In this document: positions 1 to 13,220 of the stretch, piece by piece
Numbering within the stretch: position 1 is the first letter of the stretch
How the letters are laid out: each line of letters starts with the position of its first letter
Origin: Octopus vulgaris
Lineage: Eukaryota
Direction: 5' to 3'
Length of the DNA stretch: 64,000 bases
Assembly: GCA_951406725.2 (NCBI GenBank)
Contig: OX597833.1
Span: 28,458,001-28,522,000, forward strand
Notes under the pieces: model-generated
The model's database searches: none
What the model was told of the DNA's origin: nothing
Seen by the model: only the letters and a program-made list of their open reading frames with translations
Made by a program: the position numbers and the translations under genes

Positions 1-570
1 GGTACTTATTCTATCGGTTTCTTTTGCTGAAGTACTAAGTTATAGGGGGACTTGGTAAACACCCACAAAGTTATCAACCACGTCACCAACAACAACACTG
101 AACACCTTTTTGATCTCCATGTGTCTAACACACGTGGACATGCCTACAAAGTCAGAAAACAACACAGCTCCCATGACTTTCGGAAACATTTTTTCACGCT
201 CAGAGTTGCTGAAGCATGGAATAAACTGCCTGCGTCAGTTGTTGACTGCCATGACACTGCATCCTTTAAGGCCCTCGTGCTTTCCGAAATCTGCCGAAAC
301 TACACCTAATTATATATACACTTTAGATGAGTTGTAGTGCACCTGAGCACTGTACACATTATTATTATAAACAGACCAACACTAGTTGTAATTGATGGGG
401 TGTGGGAGACAAACATGCACACACAGGCTTTTTCCAGTTTCCTTGCATCAAATCTACTCACAAGGTTTTGGTAGACCCAAAGCTATAGTAGAAGACATTT
501 GCCCAAGGTGCCATGCAGTGGGACTGAATCCAGAAGTTTGGGAAGCAAACTTCTTGCCCCACCAGCACCT
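1..570 (-). mobile_element. tRNA-derived SINE (family 1), interrupted by the LINE fragment
   Basis: Reverse complement of the family seen intact at 4569-4940. Confidence 0.7.
62..368 (+). mobile_element. 3' fragment of a CR1/L2-type LINE inserted into a SINE
   Basis: ORF 52..309 has SNTRGHxYK...RKHFFTxRVxxxWNxLP, typical of CR1/L2 ORF2 C-termini. It ends in an (ATT)n tail, and SINE sequence continues on both sides. Confidence 0.8.
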
Positions 571-1303
571 ATATTTTCTGTTACAGCTAAATTTACACAA
601 TTTGTATTTAAAATATTTCAAATACCATAAATTTGTTTACATTAGCATAGTAGTCACTTTATTATATTTGTACTCTACAATTGTATTGAGTACTCTTTAC
701 TTTGTTCAGAATATTACTTGCATGTGTAAATACAATTATATACACAAGTACATGTACACAAAGGGAAAGGTTGTTCTTTACATAATAACAATATTGATCA
801 AAACGAGGATATTGAGAATGCAGTCATATTTTTAACGACAATTTGTTTCCAGGTCACATGATTCATATTCTTACAAAACTAAACAGCAAATGTCATGAAT
901 TGTATAACACAATTGCATTAATCTACAATTGTTTCATTAAAATATATAAAAAATGTTTTGGCAAATAACAACAAAAGACATTTCTATGAAATAGAAGAAT
1001 GTTTTACATTTTTTTTTAATAAAAGGAAAATGTGAACAGAGTATTCTCTAAAATACAATATATTTTTTGCCATAAGAATATATCAAAAAATACTTTTTAC
1101 TAAAAAAAAATTTAAAAAACAGGAAATCCTGTGAAATAGATATTTTACTAAACACTGCAGAATATCTTATGAAATATTTTTATATTTTAAGTAAAATGTA
1201 TTGTAAGATTTATAAACAGGACAGTGAATCAGAACAGTAGAAAATAGAATACAAAAAAACTAGATATAGAAGATTGGTCTATATATCTCAATAATTTTTT
1301 TTC

Positions 1304-1495
1304 AGCACACCTGTTTCTGCCCTCATTTTTTATCACTTTCTCTCCTTCCCTTGCTCTTCCCTCTGGCTGGGTAACCATGTATCTCCTCTATAGTAGCACA
1401 CCTGTTTCTGTCCTCATTTTTGTTATATCTCTCTCTCTCTGGCTGGGTAACCATGTACCTCCTCTATGGCAAGACACCTATTTCTGTTTCTGTCA
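1304..1495. repeat. Short imperfect tandem repeat (about 2.3 units of 75-90 bp)
   Basis: agcacacctgtttctg...ctctggctgggtaaccatgta recurs. Confidence 0.7.
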
Positions 1496-2504
1496 TACTC
1501 TATCTAACCTTTCATCATCTGACACAAGATCACCTCCTCCAATGCCCTCTCCCCTCACAAAGGTTTTATTGTCTTGGAAGTTACTTGGTGACTCTGTCAG
1601 TGCTGGTGCCACATAAAAAGCATCCAGTCCACACTAAAGCGATTGGCATTTGGAAAGGCATCCAGTTGTAAAAATCATACCAAAATTGACCTTGCCTGTG
1701 CTGGTGCCACAAAAAGCACTCAGTCCACTCTGCAGGGTGGTTGGTTTTAAAAAGGGCATCCAGCTATAAAACTATGCCAAAACAGACACATGGGAGGAGG
1801 ATGTTAAACGATGATGATGGAAATTCCTTCCATTAATTTGGAAAATTAATTGTATTCTTAACATCTAAATTTCTGTCTAGAGATTTTGGATAGAGTTTAT
1901 AGAAATAAACTTTAAACATCTTTTGCTTTAGATTGACAGTGTAAGGATTCAGCCTCTGCAGATGAAACCAAAACAGTTCTGCTTTGTATAGCACCCAGTA
2001 AATGATATCAACACTGTAGTATGCTTTAGACTGATCTATATTGATCGGAAATCAATCAAAGCCAGATCTAGTGCCAACCTGTTCTATGATGTATCACATA
2101 GTATGGGTAAATCTGTCAAAGGCCTCCACAGCAAAATTGATATCAGTGTTGGTGTCACATTAAAAGCACACATTACACTCTCTGGAGTAGTTGGTGTTGG
2201 AAAGGGCATCCAGCCCCTGGCCTTACCAGCTTTGACTGAACCATCCAACCCATGCCAGCATGGAAAAGACATTAAATGATGATGATTCCAATTATAATGC
2301 TGACAATGATTGCCAACTTTTCAGCTAGGAGCTTTGCCAAAATGTTTTCCTCTGTATTAAGCATAGTTTGGGGATGGAATCTTATACCTCCCCTCTGGAT
2401 AATTTGTAGTGTTTATTTATATTGTGTTGATAAGAGTACGGGATGTTTCTGCATTTCTACACTAAAACACAATTCTTCAAGGCATTCTCTCAATTTCCTG
2501 TAAT

Positions 2505-2960
2505 TCAGACTGCCTGATGATCTCAGCTGACAAAATGGAAAATGTGTTACCCTGAGGATGGCAAGGGAGGTGCACTGGAACAGTCACTCTGACTGACAGC
2601 AATTGCACTCACAGATAGCCATTTCTGCCTGATAGCAGTGTGCAAGAATATGGTCCAGGAGCCAAGAATGCCGAAGATCTCCACTGCCACAGGCTCAACC
2701 ATAAACCTGTTGGAAAGCAACAGATACTGAGACAGCTTGCTTTTCTCAGCCTGATGAGCAGTGGAGCCTAGGCTGAACACACCAAGTTGCTGCTGATAAA
2801 GGTGTCACAGCATGTGGTATCCCAAATAAAGGGCCTACTGCCATGGAACAGGAAAACTGTCATACTGTCAGGCCTTTTACTTTCCCTTGGTCTAGCTCTG
2901 CTGGTTCAAGCTAGGATGAGAAGCCTTCAGCATCTAGGCCATGCTTTATGAATTCATCTC
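2505..2960 (-). mobile_element. C-terminal fragment of a restriction-like-endonuclease (CRE-like) non-LTR retrotransposon
   Basis: Minus translation gives KRPDSMTVF...IWDTTC.DT...GSTAHQAEKSKLSQY...VEPVAVEIFG, the RLE-type PD..D..AExxKxxKY signature. A related piece lies in the opposite orientation at about 21675-21770. Confidence 0.7.
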
Positions 2961-4568
2961 CCTAATAATGATGTTTTATATTGGCACAAAGCTTAGTAAT
3001 TATAATATTAATTCATTCAAATATGTAATTGTTTCTGTTTTACTAACAGGGATTGTATCATTCTGCAGATTCCATACATTTTAATATGGTGATAGTGATG
3101 GAGAACTATAATACTATGGCCTGAATTAAGGACACAAATCACAGCTTGGATACACTTATGTTCTTTTTTTCCAATGTTTTAGAACCTGATATATGCTCTG
3201 CTAGACATTGACACACATCGCGTGTCAGGAAGTGCCTGATACCATGGTTATATGAATGTCAGTGTAATATCGACAATGTGTACAGCTTCACCATGCTATG
3301 CCTGCCACTGCAACTATTCCTGGTAACTGATGGCGTTAGTCGTAGCAAGGGAAATAACCTAATTTATCTGACTAGCAAGAGTTTTTTTTCTTTAGTGTTC
3401 ACTTTGCCTTCACAGCTGCTAAAAGAACCTCCAAGCAAGTCTATAAAGGAATGTCTCTATGGTCACTCGACCTGCCAGAAATAACAGCTATATCTTACAT
3501 AGATCCTACCCTACTGTCATAAAAAGAAATGACAATAGATAATATAGTCGTAGATACACTTTGTTGGAAAATGTATGATGGTCATGGCTGGAAGACTTAA
3601 ATGACAGATCTACTCAATCAGGTCTGACTTGAGGCCAAACAACATGTATGTTCCAATCTGATGCACCACACTAAAATATAATAGACCTGGGGGAAAAATA
3701 CCTCAGAATACCGAGGCTGCATTCTTCAGGCTCTATATTACTGAATGGATAGTTAGATAATTAAATTGTGAACTTAATAATTTTACCCTGTCTCCTACCT
3801 TATGCTTCAACAAATTATTAAAGTTGATTTCACAGCTCTTTACATTCCAGGGTTTAAACCTACAGAGAACAGTACACACACACACATTTATAGTATAGTA
3901 AGACAACACGTTAATGCTGTTAGCAGGAGAGTTTAGCAAGTTAAAGGAAGTGGGTGAAATATTATAACCAAATAAGTTAAAAACAGAAAAAAAAAAGTGA
4001 AATGAAGAATGGGGAAATTTAATTTTTGTGATTGACTTGGGGGTATGAAAGTTTTAGTTTTAAGGGTTTTAGCAGTTTCAGGAATTTCAAAAGTTTAAGA
4101 ATATTTTATTATTTTTTCAAAAAATCTTAGACAGACAGATAGAAAAGTAAACAGATAGATAGACAGACAGACAGAGATGGGTAGACAGACAAAAGCTCAG
4201 ATAGGGAGTCTCAATAGAGTGAAAGTCTAACCTACATGTGTCATGTGACCTGTAGAGAGCCTTGTTGCTGGTGTTGAGTTACTCAGACACATGTGAGTAG
4301 CTCTCTCTTATAATCCATCTCACAAATCCTAACATACCAATGTAGTAGGGCTGAATAAGCTGAAATCCAGGTATATCCTTTCAAATACTTAAGCTCAGTA
4401 ACTCAGCATCCTTTAAACTCAACAACAAATCACATTTTTTCCTTGTTTGATTTTTCAATATTTAAGGACAGCCAGGCAGAATCGCAAGACAGTCAAAAAT
4501 GTGCCAAGCGATTATAACTGGTTCTTTATGCTCCGAGTTCAAATCACTCCTGTACGAACTTGTTATAG

Positions 4569-4940
4569 GTGCAGGCATGGCTGTGTGATAAGAAGCTTGC
4601 TTCCCAACAACATGGTTTTAGGTTCAATCCCACTGTGTGGCACCTTGGGCAAGTGACTTCTACTATAGCCTTGTGCCAACCAAAGTCTTGTAAATGGATT
4701 TGGAAGAAGGAAACTGAAAGAAGCCTGTCGTATGTGTGCCCCAACACATACGATTTGATGGCCGGTGTTGGTGTTTACGTACCCATAATTTCGCAGTTCA
4801 ACAAAAGGGACTGACAGACTAACTATCAGGCTTTAAAAAAATTAGTACTGAGGTTGATTCATTCAACTACAAGTTCTTCAAGGTGATGCCCCAGCATGGC
4901 CACGGTCTAATGCCTGAAACAAGTAAAAGGTAAAAGATAA
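4569..4940 (+). mobile_element. tRNA-derived SINE family 1 (representative full copy)
   Basis: A-box-like tggctgtgtgataag, B-box-like ggttcaatccc, central (TG) region and gaaacaagtaaaag tail. Other copies at about 12799-13220(+), 19870-20165(+), 21797-21920(+), 55540-55800(+), 14570-14740(-), 21020-21250(-), 35215-35450 with 36175-36330(-), 39350-39930(-) and 60575-60938(-). Confidence 0.8.
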
Positions 4941-6833
4941 TACAAGCAATCAGTCACAGCTCATAAGCCCTGTAAGGTCATTCATGATGAGGTAACCATC
5001 TGTACATTTGTTTCCTCTAATCTAACTGCTTAGAGGGAGAGAAAGTCCACAACTGTACTCTGTCTAACTGGCACTCCATCTGTTACTACGACGAGGGTTC
5101 AAGTTGATCCAATCAACTGAACAGCCTGCTCATGAAATGAATGTACAAGTGGCTGAGCACTCTAGATGCACATATCCTTAACATAGTTCTCAGGGAGTGT
5201 AAAAGCATCCATGCAGTGCCTATGGGTGCCATGTAAAAGTACCTCTGCAGTGTCATGTAAAAGCACCCAGCACACTGTAAAGTAGTTGGCATTAGGAAGG
5301 GCATCCAGCTGTAAAAACCCTAACCCTACCCGTGATGAAATCTCTATTGTTACAAGTAAACACTAGGGAAAAATGGTGTTGGCGACATTTAAAAAAAAAA
5401 AGAAAAGAAAAAGAAATTAGGGTTAGGGTCTGAAGTCTGATGCAGCTTGCCAGCTCTGGTCAAACCATTCAACCCATGCCAGCATGGACAATTCTTGTTA
5501 AATAATGATGATGATGATAATTCAGCAGAATATGACAAAGCTGGCCCTTTTGAAATACAGGTTCCACTCATTTTTGTCAGCTGAGTAGACTGGAGCAACA
5601 TGAAATAAAGTATCTAGCTCAAGAGTACAGTGCACCAATGGAAATTGAACTCACAGCCTTATGATTGCCTACCAAATATCCTGTTTACCCAGCTGTAAAT
5701 AGACATCATGTAGAGATACAGTTCACTGCTTTAACTTTGTAACAAGAAGAAACACATTTCTTTGCCGTGTCCTTCAGTGAAGCCCTTCATTACTTTGTTG
5801 TTTGCAGTTCAATTTCTTCTTTCAGTACAGCCTTCAGGGAACAGTGTTTTTACAGGTCAACCTGCTTTATCTACACTCATAAAGCCAAGTCCTTAACCAT
5901 TTAGCATTCAGATTATTCTGTCAAATGTAATGCTTATTTGTTCACATTGTTTTGAATTAATTATGCATTATCTTATAGCTTTGAGATTTCGATGATGTGA
6001 TTGTTTATTTTAAAATGACATTGTATGGCAGGTGTGAGAAGCCAGATCTATCTGATTTTAAGATAGATTAACAAGTAGAATATTTTAGCCAGCTATGGTT
6101 AGCTTATGCAAGCCCTCAACCTGCTAGAAATAGCAACCAAATCTCCCTCGTATTAAATTCCACCATCTTGAAAAAATTACACTGGATAATACCATCCTAG
6201 AAACACTACATGCCTGAATAAGACAGGATGGTCATGATTGAAATACCTTTGATCATGTCTTCTCAATTAGGCTTGATCTATAGCTGCTCAGCAACAAACA
6301 CCATCACACAAAGACAAAGCAAAGCCAGTGATATCACAACAAACCAGTGAATCATACCACCACCATTCCCACCAGATCCAAAATGAAAGGTTTCAAACTG
6401 AGGGGAGGAGCCACTACATGGTTGCTCAAGCTGCTAAAAGGAGCAACTAATCTCCTTCAAACCACATTCATCTATCTTAAATGGAAAAAAAGACAGTGAA
6501 AAATGTAACCCAAAATACATTAAGCCAGAAAAAAGAAGGAATGGTCTTTGATTATAAGCCTGCTCATTTAGAGTTGACCTTAAAGATTTATATACTAACA
6601 CTCCATCAGTTATGATGAGGATTCCAGTTGATCCAATCAACAGAAGAGCCTGTTCATGGAATTAATGTGCAAGTAGCTGAACACTCCTCCACAGATACGT
6701 GTACCCTTAATGGGAGATTCAGTGTGACAAGGCTGGCTCCTTGAAATACAAATACTACACATTTTTGCCAGCTGAGATTTAACAATAACTTCAACTGCAA
6801 CAATAACAGAAAGGTTTGGGTCTCAATACTTAC

Positions 6834-7040
6834 CGGCATCACTGGTCTTGTGAGAAGATTCTCAGAGGGCACTGTAGTTTGACCAGGTTTTGTAGACAGT
6901 GTGTGACTGGTAACAAATAAGTTGGCTATGTTTGGTCCTCGGTCCATGATATATGAATGAGACACAGTTGATAGTTGGATATTTTGTATATCACCCTCTC
7001 CCCCTCCAGATATACAGTCACCATCTTCAACTGGACAAAT
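6834..7040 (-). CDS. TMEM145: TMEM145-like exon K (207 nt, phase 0/0), cytoplasmic tail: ICPVEDGDCISGGG...GPNIANLFVTS...RPVMP
   Basis: Acceptor ttttttcttatcag, donor gtaagt. Only frame 0 is open. It continues TSQ-I and contains PNxxxLF, as in the tail of other TMEM145 proteins. Confidence 0.8.
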
Positions 7041-8112
7041 CTGATAAGAAAAAACCAATCAATAAATACTGGTTCCAAATTTTGGTACAAGGCCTACAAG
7101 CTCAGGGAAGGGTGTTTAGTCAATTATTTTATCTACCCTGAAAAGATGAAAGGCAAGGTAGACCTCGGAATAATTTGAACTCAGAACACAAAGATAGACA
7201 AAATGCCACTAAGTGTTTCGCCTTAGTGTGCTAAGAATTCTGCTAGTTCACTGCCTTCAACCAATCAATAAATAAATATTGATAAACAATAGGGAACCGC
7301 CACAATGATATAAGACAGGTATGATGGAAGATATGCTCAAGTACTGTCATTTACCATTTAATTCTCAAGATTTGTTAAGTACCAGTAATATACTGGTTCA
7401 ATTCAAATAACTATACTTATCACTTACTGATTTATGACCTTGTGCCATTATAACAGAACAAAACAAAGATTGATGAGGGTTTTTGCTGCTGTGTGAACCA
7501 AATGATGACTGACTACACTATCTGGTTAGATGCTATATCAGAATAGACCCATCCAACCCATGCCAGTATGGGAAAACAGAGGTAAAACAAGGATGATTGT
7601 AAGGTGGCAAATTACAGAGGCATTTGAGTAGCAGACAAATTACTTTGTAGTATTTATGCTAGCTTCTTGTGTTCTGAATTCAAAGCCTGCTAAGGTCAAT
7701 TTTGCCAGTCGTCATTCTGAGATTGATAACGTTGCAGTCTGAACTGTGATAAGCTGACAGAATCATTAAAACATCATAGATGATGTTTCGTGGTATTTAT
7801 TCCAGTTGTTTGCATTTCAAGTTTAAATACTGACCGGGCCTATTTGGCTGATTACTCTTAATCTGTTGCCAGCTTAACACCATTACCTGATCCTGGGATA
7901 TCTTTAACATGATACACTCAGTTGAAAGCATTTGGGTCAGGTTCCCATTCAGAGGATATTTCCCTCCATTTCCTGCCATCAATCTCAGAGGTCCTATAAA
8001 GGATCATTGGGTACAACCCTTCCTCTCCTGACTAATGCAAAATAAAATAACATTCAGTGGATAATGAGTAACTGAAAGAGTATATAGTCAATGGTAAAAA
8101 TAGTGGTCTTAC

Positions 8113-8172
8113 TTGAGAGGTTTTGATGTGAAATGGGAAGATTCTGTTGATCAAGACAGGACTAGTGAGAAA
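8113..8172 (-). CDS. TMEM145: TMEM145-like exon J (60 nt, phase 0/0): FLTSPVLINRIFPFHIKTSQ
   Basis: Acceptor ttcgtatttcag, donor gtaaga; FPxHxxTSQ motif. Confidence 0.9.
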
Positions 8173-8403
8173 CTGAAATACGAAAACAACACAGTTGTCA
8201 CTCAAACTGGCCGAGATAGGAAGGATGAAGTAGAAGCTGTGAAGGATGAGGTAATGATGGAGTTCCTGAAACATTCTCAAACAGCCAGTTAGTTATACAT
8301 GGTCAGATGGCTGAAGTGGAATGTCCAGGATATTTTGATAATCCAACAAGCTACACTGATGAACACAAAAAGGATAAGATGATGGAGAAGGAGCCATACT
8401 CAC

Positions 8404-8524
8404 CAAAAACACTAGATGTGCATAAAAGTCAATAAATATTTCAACTCCATTGACAATTTTTTCCCTCAAATGCCAAGGAACTGCATTATTAGCAACAAGA
8501 AATGTTATCACAGTAGCCCAGAAC
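8404..8524 (-). CDS. TMEM145: TMEM145-like exon I (121 nt, phase 2/0): FWATVITFLVANNAVPWHLREKIVNGVEIFIDFYAHLVFL
   Basis: Acceptor ttatatccag, donor gtgagt; REKIVNG...YAHxVFL motif. Confidence 0.94.
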
Positions 8525-9034
8525 CTGGATATAAGCAAAACAAATATACAGTATTTGAATATTTGAGAAGGTATCAAAGCATAAATCCTGTTCTTACAGA
8601 ATTTGAATTGAAAGATTTGATTTCATGAGCTCACTCAGCCCCACTCTTTACAATAACACCCACAAATATTTGTATATATGTTTGAGAAGTAACAAATGAT
8701 AGTGGTAATCTTGTATTACACCATTTCACTATAATAGGGATGGTCCTGTGTTACCCCATTATACAGGAATTTTCCTGTATTACACCATTTCATCATATGG
8801 TGAAGGTACTGTATTACCCCACTCCAGATGGCCCAGTGTTATCCCACCCTACCAGACTGTGATAGTGCTGTATGACCCCACCCCACTCCATCTTACAAAC
8901 ACAATACTTTGCATTATTTTAGCTTGTACTAACAGAAGTACCCAGTGTTGCCCGGTATAACTCTCAATGGAGTAGTCAATCAAATGAACCAAGACTTCTT
9001 TCAAACACAACTATAGAATTTACAGGTATAAAGA

Positions 9035-9400
9035 GGGCCTTTGAACGTTTGCTACGAAACATCTCTGCAGTGATGCTGCCAGCAAAGATGAATCCAATGG
9101 TAACAATTTAATCTTGCTGGCCCTGAAGAGAGCCTTGGATGGTTCACTCTTAAAAGTCTCAGTGGCAGTGTTACCAGCAAAGATGAATCCAGTGATAACA
9201 ATTTATAGTTGGTGGCCCTGAAGAGGACCTTTTAATGTTCACTTTGAATTATCTCAGCGGCAGGGCTACCAGCAAAGATGAATCCGATGGTAACAATTTA
9301 AACTTGGTGGCCCTGAAGAAGACCTTGGATCGTTCATTTTTAAAGTCCCAGCAGCAAAGACAACTCCAATTAGAGGTGGTGGCCCTTAAGAAGTCCTTCA
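9035..9400. repeat. About 95-bp tandem repeat (3+ copies) in the Helitron 3' region
   Basis: ccagcaaagatgaatcc...aacaattta...tggccctgaaga recurs at about 9079, 9174 and 9269, with a partial copy at 9350. Confidence 0.85.
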
Positions 9401-9744
9401 TACCACTTTAGTGTGTCGTATTTGTTTTGCTTGTTATTTGAGATTGTAACCTAGAAAAGCATGTAAAACAGCCTTGACAAGATCATGCTGGAATGTCAAA
9501 AAAATATGTAAATAAGATGTAAGGAAAAGTAGATTAATTGAGTTAAAACTACAGAACATTGATAGCAAAGCATGATAGCAACATATAAATGTGGAAAATG
9601 GAGACATTGAACATTTATAATGTATAGCAAAAGCAACTAGAGGTGTACATGGCATTGTCCAAAAGGACAAAAATAGCATACAGATACAGCAAATGTAAGC
9701 ACTCATACAAAAAACAGAGATTATTTGTTGGCAGATAGGGAGCC

Positions 9745-11250
9745 CAAAAAACTTCCTTATAGACTATATTTTGGGATTTCTCGCAAGTCACAAAAGCAAA
9801 TAGGTTATGTCGGCTCCCCACTCGAGAGCAGCCAACATATAGTTGACCATGGGAGAAAGACAGTTCTTCTAAATTAACCCCTACAACCATCAGCACCTGA
9901 CCCTGTGATTTGTTAATTGACATGGTGAAACTGAACCAGAGAGGGAATTGCAGCCTTCTGAATGTGAAAGGAATGTCTTTACCAAGTGGAATGAGAGGTA
10001 CCCTTGGTATGAAGACAGTATCCCCTTACCATTCCCTGTAAGTATTATTGCCTCACTAACATGAAGCATCGCCTTTTGGACGACCAGACGCATGCCATTG
10101 CAAAGCCTGGGGGTTCCAAATCCCTGAGGAGCATGACAGGAGCACCTTTCTTAAGTCGCAATAAGTGTGGTGACAATCTGGGAGGATCTAAGGAGTTAAG
10201 AAATTCTGTGGAGTAATTAACAACTTTATCTGGATCAGCCATAGAGTCAAGGGACTTGTAGATGTGCAGGTTTCCAGGCAAGCACTGCATGAGCTGTTCA
10301 TTGATGTTTCCAACTATGTGGTTTTTCAAAGCCAATATTGTGCATTCATACAACCACTCTTTATTTGTGTAGTTCTCCTCAAGATTAGGAAAAACAGGCA
10401 TCTGTAACCCAGCAATTGACTTAATGCATCTGCAAATCCTTGTGAGGTCCACTGCACCATCTCCATTGAGTGGAACTTTGCCATCTCCCAACAACAAAAT
10501 GGTAGCAGCTAAACCTGCTGATGTCTCATCACCTTGCAGTTGTGCTCTCATATTTGTTGCGTCAGCCTTCTTGTTGCGTCAGCCTTCTTGTTGCGTCAGC
10601 CTTCTTACATATTGCCAAAGTTGGGAGGCCTTAAGGCATGCACCAAACTCATCAGCCTGCGTACCTGTTGGGATTACAGGCAGAGTCTATCAGAAGTCCC
10701 TATATAACAAGAAGTGACACCTCTCATTGGTCCTTGACAGTCCCTGATGTTTCTGAGTGACTGGTCTAATGCCTTAAAAGCCACCTTGTGCCATTGTGCA
10801 TTCGTCCCAAGCAATTAGTAGGTAGCACTTTAACACCAGTGCTTTTCAGGAAGACTTACTGATGTTGTACATGGGTGTCTCAAATGATGCCACATTGAGA
10901 GGAAGACTGAAGGCAGAATGGGCCGTCCTGCCACCAGGCAGTAAAGTTGCTGCAATGCCAAAAGAAACCACAGCAAGTAAAAGTTTGATTACAAATGTTT
11001 TGTTCGTACTTCCAGGTGTGTCCAGGAAGAATATACCCCTCCCCAATTATGGATTGAATCAATGACAATGTTGAAGGCTTGTTTTGGATCCATTAGAAGT
11101 TTTAGTTCATTTTCTTCAACATACCTTTTGAGTTCGTCAACATCATATGATGTTTCATAAATAATGTCGTTGGGAATGTCAGATGGCACATTTTGAAGTG
11201 TTTGTGGAAGCCCATATTTCTCTAAGGCATCTCTGCCCATTGAAAATACC
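9745..11250 (-). pseudogene. Frameshifted Helitron RepHel PIF1-type helicase
   Basis: Successive broken ORFs: FFLDTPGSTNKTF (Walker A remnant), GIAATLLPGGRTAHSAF, NMRAQL, EFLNSLDPP..PHxLxLKxGAPVMLLR, INKSQGQ...FSHGQLYVGCSRV. Confidence 0.92.
10554..10604. repeat. Perfect 17-bp tandem triplication (ttgttgcgtcagccttc x3) disrupting the helicase
   Basis: Read directly from the sequence. Confidence 0.9.
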
Positions 11251-11624
11251 AAATCAATCTGATTCAGACCACACTACAACTTTTCCAGTCGTCCACCTTC
11301 CCAATAAACCTGATATGGACCCTCGAGTCAATAGCAAGACTGAGTGTGATAACAAGGCTCTGTATGTATATGTATATACAATGACCCTTTCCACAAATTT
11401 ATTCCACACACACACTCACACAGTATCAGAACCAAATGAACAGCCTCAATCACAAGTGTATTCCTCCTCTTTTATTAAATGGAAATATAAAAGTAGTTGT
11501 AAGTAGTGACTTCATTTGTCAAGCCCTAAAAGTAGGGGGACACATTTTAGAGTGGGGCCAAAAAGTAAAAAAAAAACCCACAAAAATAAAAAGGAATCAA
11601 AAGAAAATGAGGAAACAAACTCAC

Positions 11625-11797
11625 CAGAGTGTAAAAACAAAAAAGAAGAAAATATAAAAAGATAGTTTCTCAATGTGATGCTTGATTGTCGTAACAATGG
11701 CATAGCAAAACCACAACCATCCAACAACTCGCATACCAATCAGCCCATAACCAGGGGGGCTTTCATAGCGGTACAGCACAATGCCAGGATCAAAAAA
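11625..11797 (-). CDS. TMEM145: TMEM145-like exon H (173 nt, phase 0/2): FFDPGIVLYRYESPPGYGLIG...FFFFVFTL(W)
   Basis: Acceptor ttttcttaccag, donor gtgagt; FFDPGxVLYxYESPxGYG motif. Confidence 0.95.
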
Positions 11798-12798
11798 CTG
11801 GTAAGAAAAAGAAAACATCAGAATCTTTTTAATAATATACAAAAGTAAATTTAGATTGTTGTTGTTGTTGAACATTTGGTAGTTTCAGGCAAATTTCTAC
11901 TGCCTCACCTGCTACACTTCTATGTTGCTGCAGTGTATGCAGCATGGTGTTCTTTTTTTTGTTGTTGGGAATGTGCAAACTCTTCCCAGTATTGTATCAC
12001 ATCAGTTTTTTTTATAGGGTGAGGTACAATCTTTTGTTGTATTAATGTTTGTATTGTGTTGTGTGTAATGCATTGGGTATTTAGCCTGCTGGTTGTAGTT
12101 TATTTCATTGGATATTTTCTGTATTTGTGGATTGTTTTGTTTAGGTTGTATTACTGAATTGATAGTGTCTTGCATAGAATGTGGGTTGTTCCTAGCAGGG
12201 TAATCTTTTGGATAGTGTGTAGTGTTGAGGATCCAGGTATAACTTCTACATTTTTGTTCATATGTTTTTTTTTTATCATGCAGGTATTGTTTACACTTTC
12301 ATGCCCCACTAAAAAAAGTGGTAAAGATCCCTTCGGTCATGAATGACTATGGGATGCACCTAGACAGTCCCCCAAAACAAGGTTGTTTTCTGGAAGACCA
12401 GCTGTCACCTGGGCATACCAGCCTCCCCTCTCCATGCCACTGATGTTATCCAAGGGAAAGGCAAAAGCTGATAAAGCATAGCACCAGTGACATTGCACTC
12501 ATTTCTACAGCTAAGTGAAATGGGGCAACATGAAAATAAAGTATCTTGCTCAAGAACACAACACAGAGCCCAATCTAAGAATCAATCTCACTACCTCGTG
12601 ATTGTGAGCCCAGTGCTCTAACCACTGAACTATGCGCCTTCACTATTCTTATTCTTATTATTATTATAATTATTTCAATAGTTTTAACATTATTGCATGC
12701 TTTCAATGTACAATCAAATGCAACTGTGTCACTTGGGTTATGTGCAGTGTTTTGTTTACATAATTTTTATTGTATTGAAAGTACTCTACCTAACAGAA

Positions 12799-12954
12799 GG
12801 TGCAGGCATGGTTGTGTGGTAAGCAGCTTGCTTCCAAACCACATGATTCCAGGTTCAATCCCATTGCCTGACACTTTGGGTGTCTATTACTACAGCCTTG
12901 GGCTGACCTAAGTCTTGCGGGTGGATTTGGTAGATGGTAACTGAAAGAAGCCCT

Positions 12955-13010
<56 letters not shown>

Positions 13011-13220
13011 CATGCGTGCATGTATTAGTCCACCACCACCACTTGACAACTAGTGTTGGTGTGTTTATGATGTGTTCACATCCCCAAAACTTCAGAAAAA
13101 GAGACTGATAGGTTCAAGAAAAAATAAGTGCTGGGGTGAAATCATTTGACTAAAATTTCTTAAAGCCGGCCCCAGCATGGCCACAATCTAATGACTGAAA
13201 CAAGTAAAAGATAAAAGATA
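12799..13220 (+). mobile_element. SINE family 1 copy with internal (TG)n
   Basis: Colinear with 4569-4940. Confidence 0.8.

Larger units (their letters stand above)
8929..11430 (-). mobile_element. Degenerate Helitron in a TMEM145 intron
   Basis: The minus-strand 3' end has a hairpin (ccgggcaacactggg) followed by TTAG|T at 8929. An internal PIF1 helicase remnant is present. The 5' boundary is approximate. Confidence 0.8.

Noticed and set aside
2514-2545. CUGAUGA...GAAA possible hammerhead
   Set aside because: No pairable stem II or stem III; it lies in a LINE remnant.
4569-4640. tRNA gene
   Set aside because: The A/B-box-like motifs are SINE heads; no complete cloverleaf was seen.
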